NCBI GenBank assembly: GCA_033442325.1
Contig: JAWQFM010000012.1
Location: 622,122 to 686,121 of the forward strand
DNA from: Salpingoeca rosetta
Taxonomy: Eukaryota; Protista; Choanoflagellata
Direction of reading: 5' to 3'
Length of the DNA stretch: 64,000 bases
Positions 47,556 to 62,097 of this stretch are shown here, one piece after another. Under the pieces are notes generated by a model. The model searched no databases. It was not told the DNA's origin and saw only the letters and a program-made list of their open reading frames with translations. The translations under genes and the position numbers were made by a program. The first letter of the stretch is position 1. Every line of letters begins with the position of its first letter.

Positions 47556-48503
47556 CGAGAGAGATGCGTGTCTCCGCAGCACAAACATCACAAAACGCAC
47601 AGCTGTGGTCACACCAACAGAATACTTGCATCCATGCACACCTGGACACGACAGACACACACTCTCTCTCAATCACACTCACTCGCACACAACACACACA
47701 CACACACACTCACTTACACATAACACACACAATCCACACTTCACACAGCTGTCGCTGCAAAACAACAGCCACTGCGTGCTCGTCTTACCTGTACACACCA
47801 CGACACCACGCGTGCTTGCTGCCATTGTGCTGTGGTCGTGTGGGTGTGTTTGGTGTTTTCGGCGGAGCAGGAGTGTCTTTCTTTGCAGCGCGCTGTACTT
47901 CTGCTGCCTCCTGCTTCGTGCTCAGCTGTTTCGAGGCACTGGCTTTCCGACGTTGCCGCCAGCGTGCAAGGGCAATTGCCCAGCTCACGGGCTCAATTGC
48001 ACCTGCGCAGCACATGAGAAGGAGCGATGTACGGTGCAATCAAACATGTAAGCTCTTGGGGTTTTGCATGTGCAACACCAAGACGAAATACCGTTGTACA
48101 ACACGCACGCACTTACACACGCACTCACACTCACACTCGCACTCACACACGCACTCACACTCACACTCACACTTACACTCACACTCACACACGCACTCAC
48201 ACTCACACTCACACTTACACTCGCACTCACACTCGCACTCACACTCACACTCACATGACGTACCGAGTGCGATGGCAAGGGCGATGCTCTCGCGGTCAAA
48301 GACGGCGGTGTATGTGCTGGTGCACACGATGGCGAGGGCGGACATGAGATCGAGGACAAGAACGGCATCCCGCAACGAGAACGGCGGCGCAAATGCGCGG
48401 AGCAACCTGCAGCACGGTCGAGCAGGAAAAGGGGCAGTGGTGTGCACAAGGGTAAGCGTATCCTCTCGTCACATCAAACAAACAAGCAAACACACAAACA
48501 CAC

Positions 48504-48558
<55 letters not shown>

Positions 48559-49688
48559 TGCACATGCACATACACGTACACGTACACACACACACAAACA
48601 AACAACTTGAGTTATCAAAAGTACTGCGCAACGTGCGTTGGTGGGGTGTTGGCGATGGCGGCTGCTGCGAGCACCGCTTGCTTCAGTGCGCGCGTGATCC
48701 GATATGCGAAACGCGACCGTGGGTGAGCACATCGTGTCCGGGCCGTCTCCTCCAACAGCAGCACAGGGTCCGCGTGATGCATTGGCAGCTGTCCACTTAC
48801 AAGACCAACACCGCCATTGTTACCACTGTTGCTGTTGTTGATCGCGTGTGCACTCTCGTCTTCGCTGCTGAGCCCGGACGAGGACCACACCGACTCCAGG
48901 GACGGGTGGCGGACAATCACGCGGTTGGGCCGCGTCACGCTTCGAGGTGACGATGGTGGCTGCAGCTGCTGTAGTCGGGATGGTGGGTTGTGCTGCGGCT
49001 GCAGCTGCTGTTGATGTTGTAGTTGCTGTTGATGTTGTAGTTGCTGTTGGTGCTGCGGGTGTTGAGCAGGGGATGACGGTTGGTGAGTGGAAGGGCGGGC
49101 TGAGGCTGTTGTTGATGCTGATACTTGTGTGTTGGTGCCTGAAGCTGTTGTCTCGTTCGAGTCAGCACTGGCACGTGCTGCATTGCTCTTGCCGCTGTCA
49201 CTGCTAGCTTTGCTACCTCGCTTCTCCTGCACCGCGCGAATGCGAGTGAGTTCCACCAGTCGTCAGCTTGTAGCCTCTCACTACAGCTTTTGCAACTTCA
49301 AGGCCCACGGTCACTGCTGGAACACACACACACACACACACGCACAAGCACACGCACACCCACTGTCTGCACACGCACGCACACTCAACACACGCTCAAC
49401 CTACCTGTTCTTCGCGGCGTTTCTTGACGAGGTTGAAGCGTTCGTTCGCTTCCTCCTTCACCTGCGCGGCAATGTCTGGGAAGATCTGCAACACACAACG
49501 GGATTTGCGTGTGTTATGCATGTGTGTGCGTGCGTGCGTGCGTGCGTGTGTACAGTATGAAGGTGAAAACACAAGTTGGCAAACCACCACCCTTACTCGC
49601 AACGTACCAATAAGCCTTGAGATGCAACAAGCATGTTTGAATCACTATTCAGTGAAAAGCACACGAGGATACGTGTTACAGCGCTGTT

Positions 49689-49726
<38 letters not shown>

Positions 49727-52700
49727 TCAGAACGTCATCAAAGTCCTGCCTGCTCAACACGAAGAGGTCACAGTCCGTCTGTGTGCGAATGGACGCTGTT
49801 CGCGGGCACGAAAACACGAGCGCAATTTCCCCTTGTTGTTGATGGCGTTGTTGTTGAGTGAGTCAGGAAGTACGTGCGTGCGTTTGTGTGTGGGTGTGCA
49901 CGACACGCTGAAGCAAACAAGCAAACGAACAGATTGCCAGCCGAGCATAGCCTCTCTGAACTCGGCTTCGCAAAGGATGTATTCTTACCAAAGAACTCTC
50001 CGCCGTGCATGGAGGCAAACACTTTTGTGCCGTCTTCAGACACCACATCCACAGTTCCGCGGTGAATGAAATACATTTCGTCTCCAGGATCGCCCTGAGG
50101 GTATGTTGGTCCAACACCATCAGTGCAATAGTGTGAAAGGGTGTGGAAGGTGGAGGTGACGCCGTGGATGACACATGAAAGGGGGCAACGTGCATCGATG
50201 AGTGACGCTTGCGGTGCAAATACATACGCAATACAGGCACATGCCTCACACAGCGTGCACGCAACCACACACACGCACACACCTTGCGGACGATGTACTC
50301 GTGCTGTGCAAGCAGAAGCGGCTGCATGTGCTGCGATAGCATTCGCTTGAAGCCTTTGCTCTTGTTGGCAAACAATGGCACGCTCTCAATAGCATCCCTG
50401 TTGCGCGCAATGAAACGCATGTGAGCGATGCAACACTGCAAATCACAGATGCCTGTGTGTGTGTGTGTGTGTGTGTGTTTATGTGTGGGTGTTTATCGGT
50501 GTGTGTGTTTATCGGTGTGTGTGTGTGTGCCTGTGTGTGCACGCGCGCGTGTGTGTGTGTGCCTGTGCATGTGTGTGTGTGTGTGTTGAAAGCTACGACA
50601 ACTTGTGGGGGGTCTTGCGAGTGTCAGATGTGCTTAAGAGGACCATCGCGATACAGGTCGGTCATGTGAAACACGGTGCTTACCGGTACACCTCAAACGC
50701 AATTTGTGATTTGAGATTCATCGGAAGGTTTCCAAAGAGGCTATTGACATTCATGCCCCTAGTGTATGTCGGTGTGGCAAAATCAGGGCGATAGCGTGGA
50801 TGGGTACGTGCATGAGATCAGCATTGCACAAAACACGACGTGCAAATGCCCCCGTTTCACAATCACACAAACACAAACACACACGCGCAAACGCGCATGC
50901 AAACAGAGCGTCCACAAATACACGCATGGTGAACTGACTCACTTGTTCCTCTTCCACAGGTATTCGTAGTATTTCAGGATGCGCGAGAGAACAGAACGGT
51001 TCACGTCAAACTGGAGCAGCAGATTCCGTATGAACACCATCTGCATGTTGCACCATTGCGTGTGCGTGTGTGTGTGTGTGTATGTGTGCGTGCGTGTGTG
51101 TGTATGTGTGCGTGTGTGTATATGTGTGTGTGGTGGTTAGTGAGTGCTGTAGAGAAAGCCTGTGAGCGCAAAGTTCAGACAACGAAGCCCAACACAGTGT
51201 CAATGATGGTGGCGTGTGTTGCTGCTCACCTTCTCCCTGTATCGCGTCTTGAGAAAGTCTGCGTTTGCCAGCAGCGCAGCAATGCTCGCCACCATGTACC
51301 CAGACAACACCGTCCCCGACATCATCATCAGCATGCTGAACGCCATTTCCCCCTGGATTGATTGAACAGTTGCGTGCATGCGTCGTTGTGCGTCCGTGAG
51401 TGGGTGAGTGCATGTGAAGGAGCGTACTTGCCTGCATGTGCACTGTGCACGAAAAGCAGGTGCTTGCATGTTCACATGGGCACAATCATACCAGCGTTCA
51501 CATTACACATAGTTCAGTGCCCATCAATGCAGGGTGCACAACGTACGGTGGTGCTCGCGTGGACATCGCCGTAGCCAACCGACGTGAGCGTGGCGGCTGC
51601 CCAGTACAGGCTCGTCGCATATGCGTCCGTGATGGAGTGGTTGCTGTTGTGCAGAAGGGCATGGGACGTGTGATGCACACAGCAATGAGAAAATACTCAC
51701 CCTGGTGGAGATGCGTTGCAGGCTGGCACAAATCACACAAGTGAACACACAAGTGAACACACAAGTGAACACCCAAGCATGCGCAAACACATTTACACGC
51801 ACACAAGCGAGCACACACAACACAGCACATAAAAAGTGTTGCATGCTGTATATTTGTACAAGAGCGATGCAAACCTGCTGAAATGGCCCCGCGCCCAGGA
51901 TTGCGGCGAACAGCCCGTGTCAAAGCACCCAATGAGATACCAACTGCACGCCACAACGTGCAGCGCCAAGAGCGCCAGACACATGAACTTGAACTTGCGA
52001 ACGGCTCCGACATCGATGGCGATGTTGCTCTCGCGCTTTCCGAAGAACAACATGACCTGGTGATGATGATGATGATGATGATGATAATGACGATGATGAT
52101 GATGATGGTGATGGTGATGGTGGTGGTGGCGAGGATGCACGCGAAAAATGATTGGGTTTGGCGCGTGAGAACGTGGTCAGAACGCTTCGTAAACAAGGGC
52201 GAACGTGTGAGGAGGAGGTTCAAGAGAGGTCGAGACACGGGCGCATGCACACGAACGCGAGCACGCGAGCACACGAACAAAGATGAACAGACACATACTA
52301 CGCGCGCCACCATGTCGGGGACATTCACGTCAATCCATCCAGCGTCACAGCACATTCACACACATACACACACACACACAACCTTGCTCCCACCACATGA
52401 CTCACGCGGGCGAGGCGGAAGCAGCGATTGAGCCGCAGAAGGCAGAACACGGTGCTGGGAAAGGCAAAGGTGGCGAGACTGACAGTCTCCAAGGGGCACA
52501 TACACACGGCATCCAACAACGCATATTGCCTAGTGGATCATATGACGGATGAAGTACCCGTTCGTCAGCATTTTTGCACAGCATCGCCCACACATGCGCA
52601 CGGCGTGACATACCGTCACCATCATCCTTTCGAGCATCCACTCATTTGCTCATTGTCACAGACACACACACACACACATGCACACACCCGTGCACGCGTA

Positions 52701-53146
52701 GCATCGCAGGCAGGTGCTGTTGGAACGCACTTTAAGTAGTTGCGAAGCGTGCAAGCGGGATCGGAAACGACGATGCCATTGCTCGTGTAGAAGGCTGAAG
52801 CACCCGCATCATATCCACATTGGAAATACAATGTGAGCATGCGTGTAGCGAACAGGCGCGGAAGGAGAGAGAGTGTGTGTAAGAGAGTTGTGTGTGTATG
52901 AGAGAGTGTGAGTGTGTGTGTGTATGAGAGAGAGAGTGAGTGTGTATGTGTGCAAGCTACACAACGAATGACTCACATGCACGCAAATACAAACAATATC
53001 ACGAAGCACAATCCGTCTTCGCTCGTTGCTGATCGTGCTGCATTGTTCAGTGCTCACTCACTCACTCACACACTCTCTCACACAAACACACACACACATT
53101 CACACACGTTCACTCACATTCACTCACATACTCTCTCTCACCCACC

Positions 53147-53179
<33 letters not shown>

Positions 53180-55017
53180 TGACTCACCCACTCTCTCTCA
53201 CCCACACACACCCACACACACACACTCTCTCTCGCTCACTCACCCAAGTGCATGCGCAGGTACGCATCCACAGCGTGAATTGCCTCTGTCAGGTAGAAGG
53301 CGATGTGCAGTGCGAGCGATTGTGGCGCAAACGCGGCCTGAAAAAACAACAACGCAATCTGTACCAAGGAAACTGCTTGCACAGCCTGAAGACCAAGCAA
53401 GTCGTGACGTGGGGTATGTGTGAGAAGGCAGACTGGCTGTGTATGCGTGTGCATGTGTGCTCAAGTCATGTGCCAGCGTGCATGTGCACTCGCATCGATA
53501 CGCTGCGTTCATCTCACGCACCCACGCATCTTGCACACACGCTTCACCCTGTGTGCGAACAGTATCTTACAAAGTCCCATCGCTGCATGGCTGCGCTGCT
53601 TGGGCGAATAGCTGTTCGCATCATCAACAGCGGACGCCTGGCTGGTGATGATGTTGACGATGTTGATGATGTTGATGATGATGATGATGTTGTTGTTGTT
53701 GTTGTCGTCGTTGTTGTTGTTGTTGTACAGGAGGTTGGTGTCTTTGCATCATCGCCGTCACCTTCAATTACACTCGTGTTTGCCGCTGCTGATGGTTTGG
53801 CGGACATCTCTTCGTCTCGCTCAAGGCTAGCTCTTCCTTCCGACTGCCGCTGCTGCTGTTGTTGTTGTTGTTGTGGGTGTTGTTGTTGTTGTGGGTGTTT
53901 TTGACCTGTCTCATGTCTTTGTGGGCTTGCTGCGTGTGCTTCTGCTGCCGATGATGACTGCGCGTCACGATCGCTGCTGCTGCTGGCTGCGCTCTCGTTC
54001 ACTGCGCGCTGAATGTCGTTTAGGAGCGCCTTGCACTGCACAAGTGACTTGACCTGAGGAAAAAAGTGAAGGTTGCGAACCGGCATGAGCAAGCACGCAT
54101 GTACGTGTCCATATGTTTCATACATCCAACACACGCTCACACACTCACACGCACTCTCTCCTCACACACACTCTCTCTCTCAACGCCTCCCCCACCTGCT
54201 TGTGGAAGCCGCGGTTCTTGCGGAACATGGCCTGAATGTCCGTCCAGGCGAGCATGTACGCGTCCACGTGTGTTACGGCGACAACGGTGGCCAGGCGGGG
54301 ACAGGCAAATAGCATTCCGTTCTCGCCAACATATGAACCACTCGACAGGCGGTGGACAACAGCACCAGAAGAGTTCAAGACCTAGCCATTCGCATGATGA
54401 TGTCAGTTGTGTGTTGCAAAGGCAGCAGGGGCAGTGTGGACAGCACAAGCATTAGAAATGCGGACACTTCACTGTGCACGACACATCCAACATTGCAGCG
54501 TCACAAATCGCTCACCTCCACTGTCCCGCGCTGAATAAAATACATTTCCCTGCCCATGTCGCCCGCACGAATGATGGTCTGGCCAGGCAGGAACAGCTGG
54601 GGATGCAACGAATTGCACGCGATTGTCAACAGCTGTGGCCCGAGCATGGAGAAGAGCGGGTACGTCTCAATCAGTCCGCCAGCAATGTCCAGTCGTCTGG
54701 CATCACGCGCAGTTGTGTGCACGTGTGAACAGTGTGAGTTGGGGTGCATGTGTATACAATGTGAGTGGGGGTGCGAATGCACATACGTGATTGCATTTTG
54801 GAACAGTGCATTCAGCAGACACAAGACAGCGGCAGCAGTTACAACACTCGGTCGCGCAAACGCATGAGCAGCGTCCGCGTACAGCTCGTGGCCAAGCGAG
54901 TCTGGCACGACATTCAACAAGTCCCACGCGCTGAGGCCCTTGTCCTTTCGCCACCTGACGACAGTGCAGAGTACATTGTTATCGCATGAAACAACGGTGC
55001 AGGTACACACGTAACCA

Positions 55018-55097
<80 letters not shown>

Positions 55098-58000
55098 GCA
55101 TTCACAAAATTGCGCGCGTGCAAGCACGAGGACACTTGCCCCCCCCCTTCCCCCAACCTGCACGTCATGTAGTCCTTGACGGCAGAGCGAACAGCGGCAG
55201 AGACGTCGTGCTCGTCCATGTATCGCTGCATTGCATCCATGCGCTCGCGGTGCTGCACTTGCATCGAGTCAGCATTTGCCTGGCGGGGAGGGGGAGGGTG
55301 ACGCATGTAATGCACAAACATATAAACGCGTGCGTACGTGTGTGAATGAGTGGATGAGGGAGTGAGTGAGTGAGTGAGTGAGTGAGTGAGTTAGCAGTGA
55401 GTGAGTGTACGTGCATGTCGTCGCATGTGTATGCCCGCAATGTGCATTCTGTTGAGAAACGCTTGCAAGAAACAGGTTGTGGTGATGAACAATGTGTGAA
55501 CACCACCACGACGTCTGCGGCACCTTGATGGCGGCGACAAAGGCGAGGACAACACCAAAGCACAGCTGTCCCAGGATCATGACAATGGCCGAGAAGACGC
55601 GTTCGCCGGCAGAGAATGGGCGAATGTCGCCGTAACCCGTCGATGTCATTGTCGCAATCGCCCTGCCAGGTAGGGCGTAGTGTGGTGTGGTGTGGTGTGG
55701 GATGCATGTCAGTCTTCTTTGCTAATGGTCAGCAAAGGCTTGCCCTTGAAAACGGTATCCAAACACAAACGCAAGAGCACTTGCTTGTCGTACCAGTACA
55801 TGCAGGCAATGTAGGCGCTAAAGGGCTCTGCTGTGGTCATGTTGCTTGCGCGCAACCAATTATATCCGCCGATGGCAATTGCGCTCCATCCACACGCACA
55901 CGTGTGCACCACAAACTACAGCAGCATACACAACGAAACAGCGTCACAAATTCAGATGGCACACTTTGCAACGAGTGAAACACAGTGAACAGCTCCCATG
56001 AATACAATACACACACATGAACACATGTACAGACGCAAACACGCACATGAAGACGCAAACGCACACACGCATCAACACACAAAACAAACCCGTCAAACGC
56101 ACACACACACACACACCACCACCACCACCACCACACGCACATCAACACAGACAACTCCCCCCCCCCGCCACCACGACACAGGCAGACACACTTCGCATAC
56201 GCGCGCGGCGGGACTTACGAAGGTGAGGCCAGCAAGCTTGAGGGCGGGCAGGGTGTGGTTTCGCTGGAAGGATTCGGCCTCCAAGCGGGAGAGCAGTGAC
56301 CAGGCCGTGTGCAGACGAAGAAGACGATTGAGGCGAACAGCAGCAACCACAGGCATCGGCAGGAACACACACCAGCACAGCAGGTCCCACGGTGCAAGGA
56401 GGATGGCTGGTATCCAGGCGTGGAGAAACGACGCCATGATTGCCGCAACGCGCGGTGCTGATGGTGCTGATGATGACGGTGACGTGCGTGCTGGTGTTTC
56501 GATTCCATGCTGCTGCTGTTGTTGCTGCTGGTGGTGGTGAACAGGGGTCGTGCAACCCATTGCACCTGAGGAAACAGCTATCGTCGTGTCTGCCACTGCT
56601 GGTGCTGGTGGTGGTGGCGCTGATGATGATGATGATGGTGATGATGACGGTGCTGTGTGCGACTGCAAGAGTGTCACCGGATAGCCGCCAGTGCGAATGG
56701 CGACGACAATTCCTTTGATCTCGCGCAGCAGCAGCGGCGCTTCCAGCGCATACGTAATGATCCACAGCGGAAGACTTGCGGGGGCAAAGGCCGCGTGATA
56801 CAGCAGCAGGACGGAGTGAACTGCAATTATGATGACATCGCGCACGTACGCGTGTCGTGCACCTGCACCCGCACTCGCACCTGAGAGGGGCGCTGCGGTC
56901 GACGCTGTCGCTGTGGTGGTTGTCGACTTTGTTGAACACAATGAGAAGAGCGGAGATAGGAGACACCACAGACACGACTGCATCCAGCCACCGCGGCGGA
57001 TATGCTGTGAACCGTTGAGAGACGAAGAAGCAAGAGATCCTCGTGTCCACCCATTGTGAATGCGTGCCCGCGTCACCCGCTCGTCATCACCACCATGAAC
57101 ACCGTCACCATCACGATCAACACCAGCGTTGCCAGCAGCAGTGTGCTGCTGCTTCTGACTGTTGCTGCCGTTGTTACTGTCGCCGTGGTGATGGCTGGCA
57201 CTCGGGTCATTCGCGACGCTTTCACTTGAGGGCGAGCCCAGCACCAGCGACAGTTCCGGAATGTTGGGCGGAGGTGGTGGCGATGGCGGTGAGGTGTCCG
57301 TGTTGCTGTTGCTGCTGCGGCTGTTGCCGTGTAGGTTGTGTGTGGCGTGGGTCGTTGTGGTCGTGATATCATCCCTACCACGACCTGTGGCGATTGAAGT
57401 CGGCTGTTGCCATGCAGCTGCGGTTGCTTGGCGAGTCAAGGTGTGTCCTGCGTTGACGCTGTTGTTCTTGCTGCCGACGCGTGAAGTTGTCGCTGCTGCG
57501 TATGCCGCCGCCTCCCGCGCGTGATCTCGAACGGACGATTCCGCCTGCGCGTCCGCCAATCGCGACTTTGCGTTCGCCATCAGCCGCGCCATCAGCACCG
57601 GATACGGTTGCAGCGCCTGCAGTGCGTTTGTGTGTGTGTGTGCGAGAGAGAGTGTGTGTGTGTGCGTGTGTGCGTGTGTGTGCGTGTGTGTGCGTGCGAG
57701 TGTGTGTGTGTATTTGCAAGCGTGTGTGCACGTGCGTGTGTGGATGTGCGAGAGAGAGAGAGTGTGTGTGCGTGTGTGCGTGTGTGTGCGTGTGTGTGCG
57801 TGCGAGTGTGTGTGTGTATTTGCAAGCGTGTGTGCACGTGCGTGTGTGGATGTTTGTGCAAAACGCAAACAAGCAAGCCACGTGTCCACAGCTCGCACAT
57901 TCACGTCGTCATGCACCAAGCAATGGCATCCATTCACCATAACATATACACACACGCGCAAACACACACACACACACAATGCCATCTCGATGCCCCCCAC

Positions 58001-61000
58001 CACCTCACCTTCTTGAGCTTCTCCTGCGTGAGCACATAGAGATCGCACGGTGCCACAGCGACAATGTCAACACTCGACCGCAACGCTGCCAATATGTGCG
58101 CGAGAGAAAATGAATGGGTGAAGAGCGGTGAGAGAAGAAGGCGTTGTCACAAACGAAATCGTGCTGCTGAGCATGTGTTGACTGCCAGAGAGAGAGAGAG
58201 AGAGAGCGCGCCGTCATGAAAGACGCGAGACTGTGCTGGCATTCTCACTGTCGCACGTTTTGGAATGTAATTGTGCGTGTCTGTGTGTGCGCGTGTGCGC
58301 GCGCGTGTGTGTGTGCAGAGGGTTAATGGACGTATTACCAAGCAAGACGCCGGCTTCACCAAACGCGTCACCGGTGGAGAGAACCGCCTGCACAGCGCCC
58401 GTTTGACCTGACACACACATACGCACATACATTCACACATACGCACACGCACGTACACACAAACACATTCACACACGCACATACGCACGACATGCAATGA
58501 GATCATCAGCAAGATCACAAATCACAATCACAATCGCACGCACCACCAACAACAATCCAATCACCACTGCAGCCATGATCACCACCTCACCTCGCACGTG
58601 CAGCTGCCCGCTCTGGATGAGGAAGACGGCTGGCACGGTCTGCCCGCGCCTGAGGACGTATTCGTTTGGGAGAAAGAGCATTGGTGCCGCCTCCATGGCG
58701 ATGCAGCGCACAATCGCAGGATCAAGATCCTTGAAGCTGTGCGTGTTTGTGTGTGTTTGTGTGTGTTTGTGTGTGTTTGTGTGTGTGTTTGTGTGTGTGT
58801 GTGTGTTTGTGTGTTTTTGTGTGTTGCGTGATGTGTTGTGTTGTGTTGCGTGTGTGTGTGACGTGTGGTGGCAAGGACGAGACGTGTGCATGACAAGTGA
58901 GTGGGTGAGAACGGGCATAATGTTCGCTTTCATTCACGATAGATGTACATCTGCAAGTCGAGGTGTTCCCACCTTGGCAGTCGCAACATGGCATCCTTCA
59001 GCGTTGTTTCGGCCACCTGAACCAGAGCAGGAACGAAGTGGCATGAGCGAACAGAACGTGCAGTCTACAAAGAAGACACATTGAAAAGCGACACAAGCGC
59101 ACAACACAAGAGCACACACACACACACACACAATACACACACACAAACAATACACACAAGCAACACAGGCACACACACAAGCAACACACACACACAAGCA
59201 ACACACGTGCACACACACATGCACACCTGGGCCTGGATACTGAGGGGCAGATCGGAGAACGAGACGGCCTGTGTGCGGCCGCCCTTGAAGCGCCAGAGAT
59301 ACTGCAAGTACGAGACCACGCGATGCTGCAGCTGCGGTTTCACGCGCTCCGCTTGCATCAGGTCGGTGATTGCCTGCACACGTGTCGAAGGCAGTGCACA
59401 CAGGGTTTGCGTTCGAGCGTGTGTGTGTGTGTGTGTGCGTGTTATTATTGTGTGTGTGTGAGTGTGAGTGTGAGTGTGAGTGTGAGTGTGAGTGTGAGTG
59501 TGAGTGTGAGTGTGTGCATCGTGGTGGTGAAGCACACACGGTAGGGCATCACACAATCCTTCAGGTACAGCGAGGACAGCATACAGTGAAGCAAACCACC
59601 TCTCCCTTCGTTTCCTCCTGCCCTCGCCTTGCATGGCGACACGTCGTACCTGTGCAAGATGCTGGTATCGAACCCTGTGGGCGCCTGTGTTGCTGAACAC
59701 GGATGCAAGACCACCAAAGAGGTATCCAAATGCAACAACACCTGACACAGCGACAGCGTGGCGTGAGCCCAAGGGGTTGTGGGCATGCACACATGATGTA
59801 AGAGACATAGAGCTGTGTCCACATGCCGATGTAAGAGACATAGAGCTGTGTCCACATGCCGAGCTGCGTGCACATGCCGAGCTGCGTGCACGTGCAACCA
59901 TACTAAGCACACACACAACACACACACACACACACACAAACACACACAAATACACACACAACACACACAACACACACACACCACATGCTTGCAGACCTGT
60001 GAGCATGAGGATGATGGTGATCCATTTCTCGCCGACAAAGACGGGAAACACGTCGCCGTAACCCGTGGAGGTGGTGGTTGCCGCCACCCAATACAGCGCA
60101 AGCACGTAACTGCATGGCAACGAGGGCACGTGTGGCGTTTGATGCGGTTTGGAAGGGACGTGAGGGTGAGGCGGAAATGCGATTGTGAGGAACACTGATA
60201 GCACTCCAACGTTGGGTTGTGACGACACACAGCGCTGCCTCATGGCATGCACACACAAGCACACATGTAAACTCTCACACACACACAAACACACACACAC
60301 AAACACAAACACAAACACAAACACAAGCATAACTCGCACGCATGCACACACACAGACACACAAACACACAAACACGTACACAAACACACATTCTCTCTCT
60401 CATTCACATTCATACGCAAGCATGCACTGACTCTGATGATGAGGAGTTTGTGGCTGCGAGGTGTGCCGACCACGTCCAACCCGAGGCATCACATCCGCGC
60501 TCACCGCACCCTTTTGGGGGGCGTGGTTGTACAATGTGGTGATGGGGGCAGGGGGCGGTTGTGGTGGCGATATGGGGGAGCGAAACGAAGGTAATATGAG
60601 GCACGATGCATGATGAGGACACAAGAGGCAACGGAAGTAGAATGCGTTCATTCATATGTTTACATTGAGCAGGAGCACGTGCAAGCAAGCTGGGACACGT
60701 ACCGAAGAAGACCCATGCACACGGAACGAGATGCTGCATAGCCAGCATGAGCGCAATAAACTTGATGGCCAACATCTGTCGAGCAGCAGCAACACGGTGA
60801 GCGTTATCCTGGATGCAATTCGGGGTGAAGCTCACAATACAATCCTTCCCACGTACACGCACACAACGCAGTCTTTCATGATGCGAATACCCGCGTGCAC
60901 TCCACGCAAGCAACAAACAACACACACGCACGCACACACGCACACGCACACACACACACACGCACACACACATACACATACACGCATACACGCACACACA

Positions 61001-62097
61001 CATACACACACACGCGCGCGCACGCACGCACACACACACACACGCATACACGCACGCACGCACACACACACGCACGCATATACACACACACGAGCAACAG
61101 ACCCAACGCACATGTACACGACTGTCACCACCACCACCACCACCGCCACCGCGAAACGCACGTGCATGTAGGAGAGGCCGATGCGTTCAAACTGCATGCG
61201 CGCGTATTGCCAAAGAAACGCAGCGCGCAGGAGGCGGTTGAGGCGATAAAAGCGAGCGAGGTGTGCAGAGTCGCCTGATTGGAACACGAGATCCACAGGC
61301 AGGGAGCTGAGGACAATGAGGGCGATGGCAACGCGAGGAGAGAGGCACGATGGTGTTTGACGCCAGCGCCCGCTGTCATCCTCTGCCTGTATGTCACTGT
61401 CATCCTGCTGTTGCAATTGTTGTTGCTGCATTTCCTGCTGCTGCTGTTGCTGCTGCTGTTGCAACTGCTCTGTGGAGGTTGCCCACGCCAGGTGCTGGCG
61501 CTGTGGGTGCTGCCGAAGCGACCCAGTGGCCGTTTCTGCATCGCCGCTGAAGGCGTCTGCAGGTGCAAAACGGTGCGACGCTTGTTGTTGTTGCTGCTGC
61601 TGCTGCTGGTGCTGGCTGTGGTGGTGATTATGGTGGTGCAGTGGGTACTGTGCTTGGGCCAAGTTCGGGTGTGGGGCGATGCGACGTGGTGGGCGAGGGC
61701 TGAACAAGTGGCACAGGCGGAGCAGCACATGCCTGGACTGACTGCAGCATGTGGAAACTAGCACGGGGCTGTGCCAGAGAAGGAACAGCACGTCCACAAC
61801 ATAGAAGAGGGCCAAGGCCTCTGTTGCCTCGTGCGTGTACGACAGCAACCGAGGGCTTTTTCGCTCTTCGTCATAGGGCTGATCAAAGGTGACTTGAAAT
61901 GCCGTGAGAATGACGCTGACAAATGACAGCACTGCCGTGCATGTGGACGCCCATAATGGTGCCTGGTGTTGCCGCCGCGACAGCCTGTTTAGCCCATGCT
62001 GCACTTGGCCCAGCGCTGCACCCGTTGCTGCTGGCGCTGCTGGTGCTGGCACTGTTGTCGCTGTCGCATGCGGTGATTGCGATGAACGTTGTTCCAT
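45188..62097 (-). CDS. Four-repeat (24-TM) K+-selective cyclic-nucleotide-gated channel, CNGK/tetraKCNG type; 5' end uncertain
   Basis: Four tandem S1-S6 + C-linker + CNBD units. S4: [10 protein letters not shown] (~61230), [10 protein letters not shown] (~56320), [11 protein letters not shown] (~52420), [11 protein letters not shown] (~47330). Pores: [14 protein letters not shown] (~60070), [14 protein letters not shown] (~55640), [14 protein letters not shown] (~51580), [14 protein letters not shown] (~46590). CNBDs at ~58010-58735, ~54200-54690, ~49430-50400 and ~45460-45785. Last exon GMAERFKSL...AAN* at 45188. Confidence 0.92.
57641..57852 (+). repeat. Intronic tandem duplication of a ~105-bp unit
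   Basis: Two near-identical copies ending ...TATTTGCAAGCGTGTGTGCACGTGCGTGTGTGGATGT. Confidence 0.8.
59795..59892 (+). repeat. Intronic short tandem duplications (33-bp x2 and 18-bp x2)
   Basis: GATGTAAGAGACATAGAGCTGTGTCCACATGCC twice, then GAGCTGCGTGCAC(ATGCC) twice. Confidence 0.75.
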
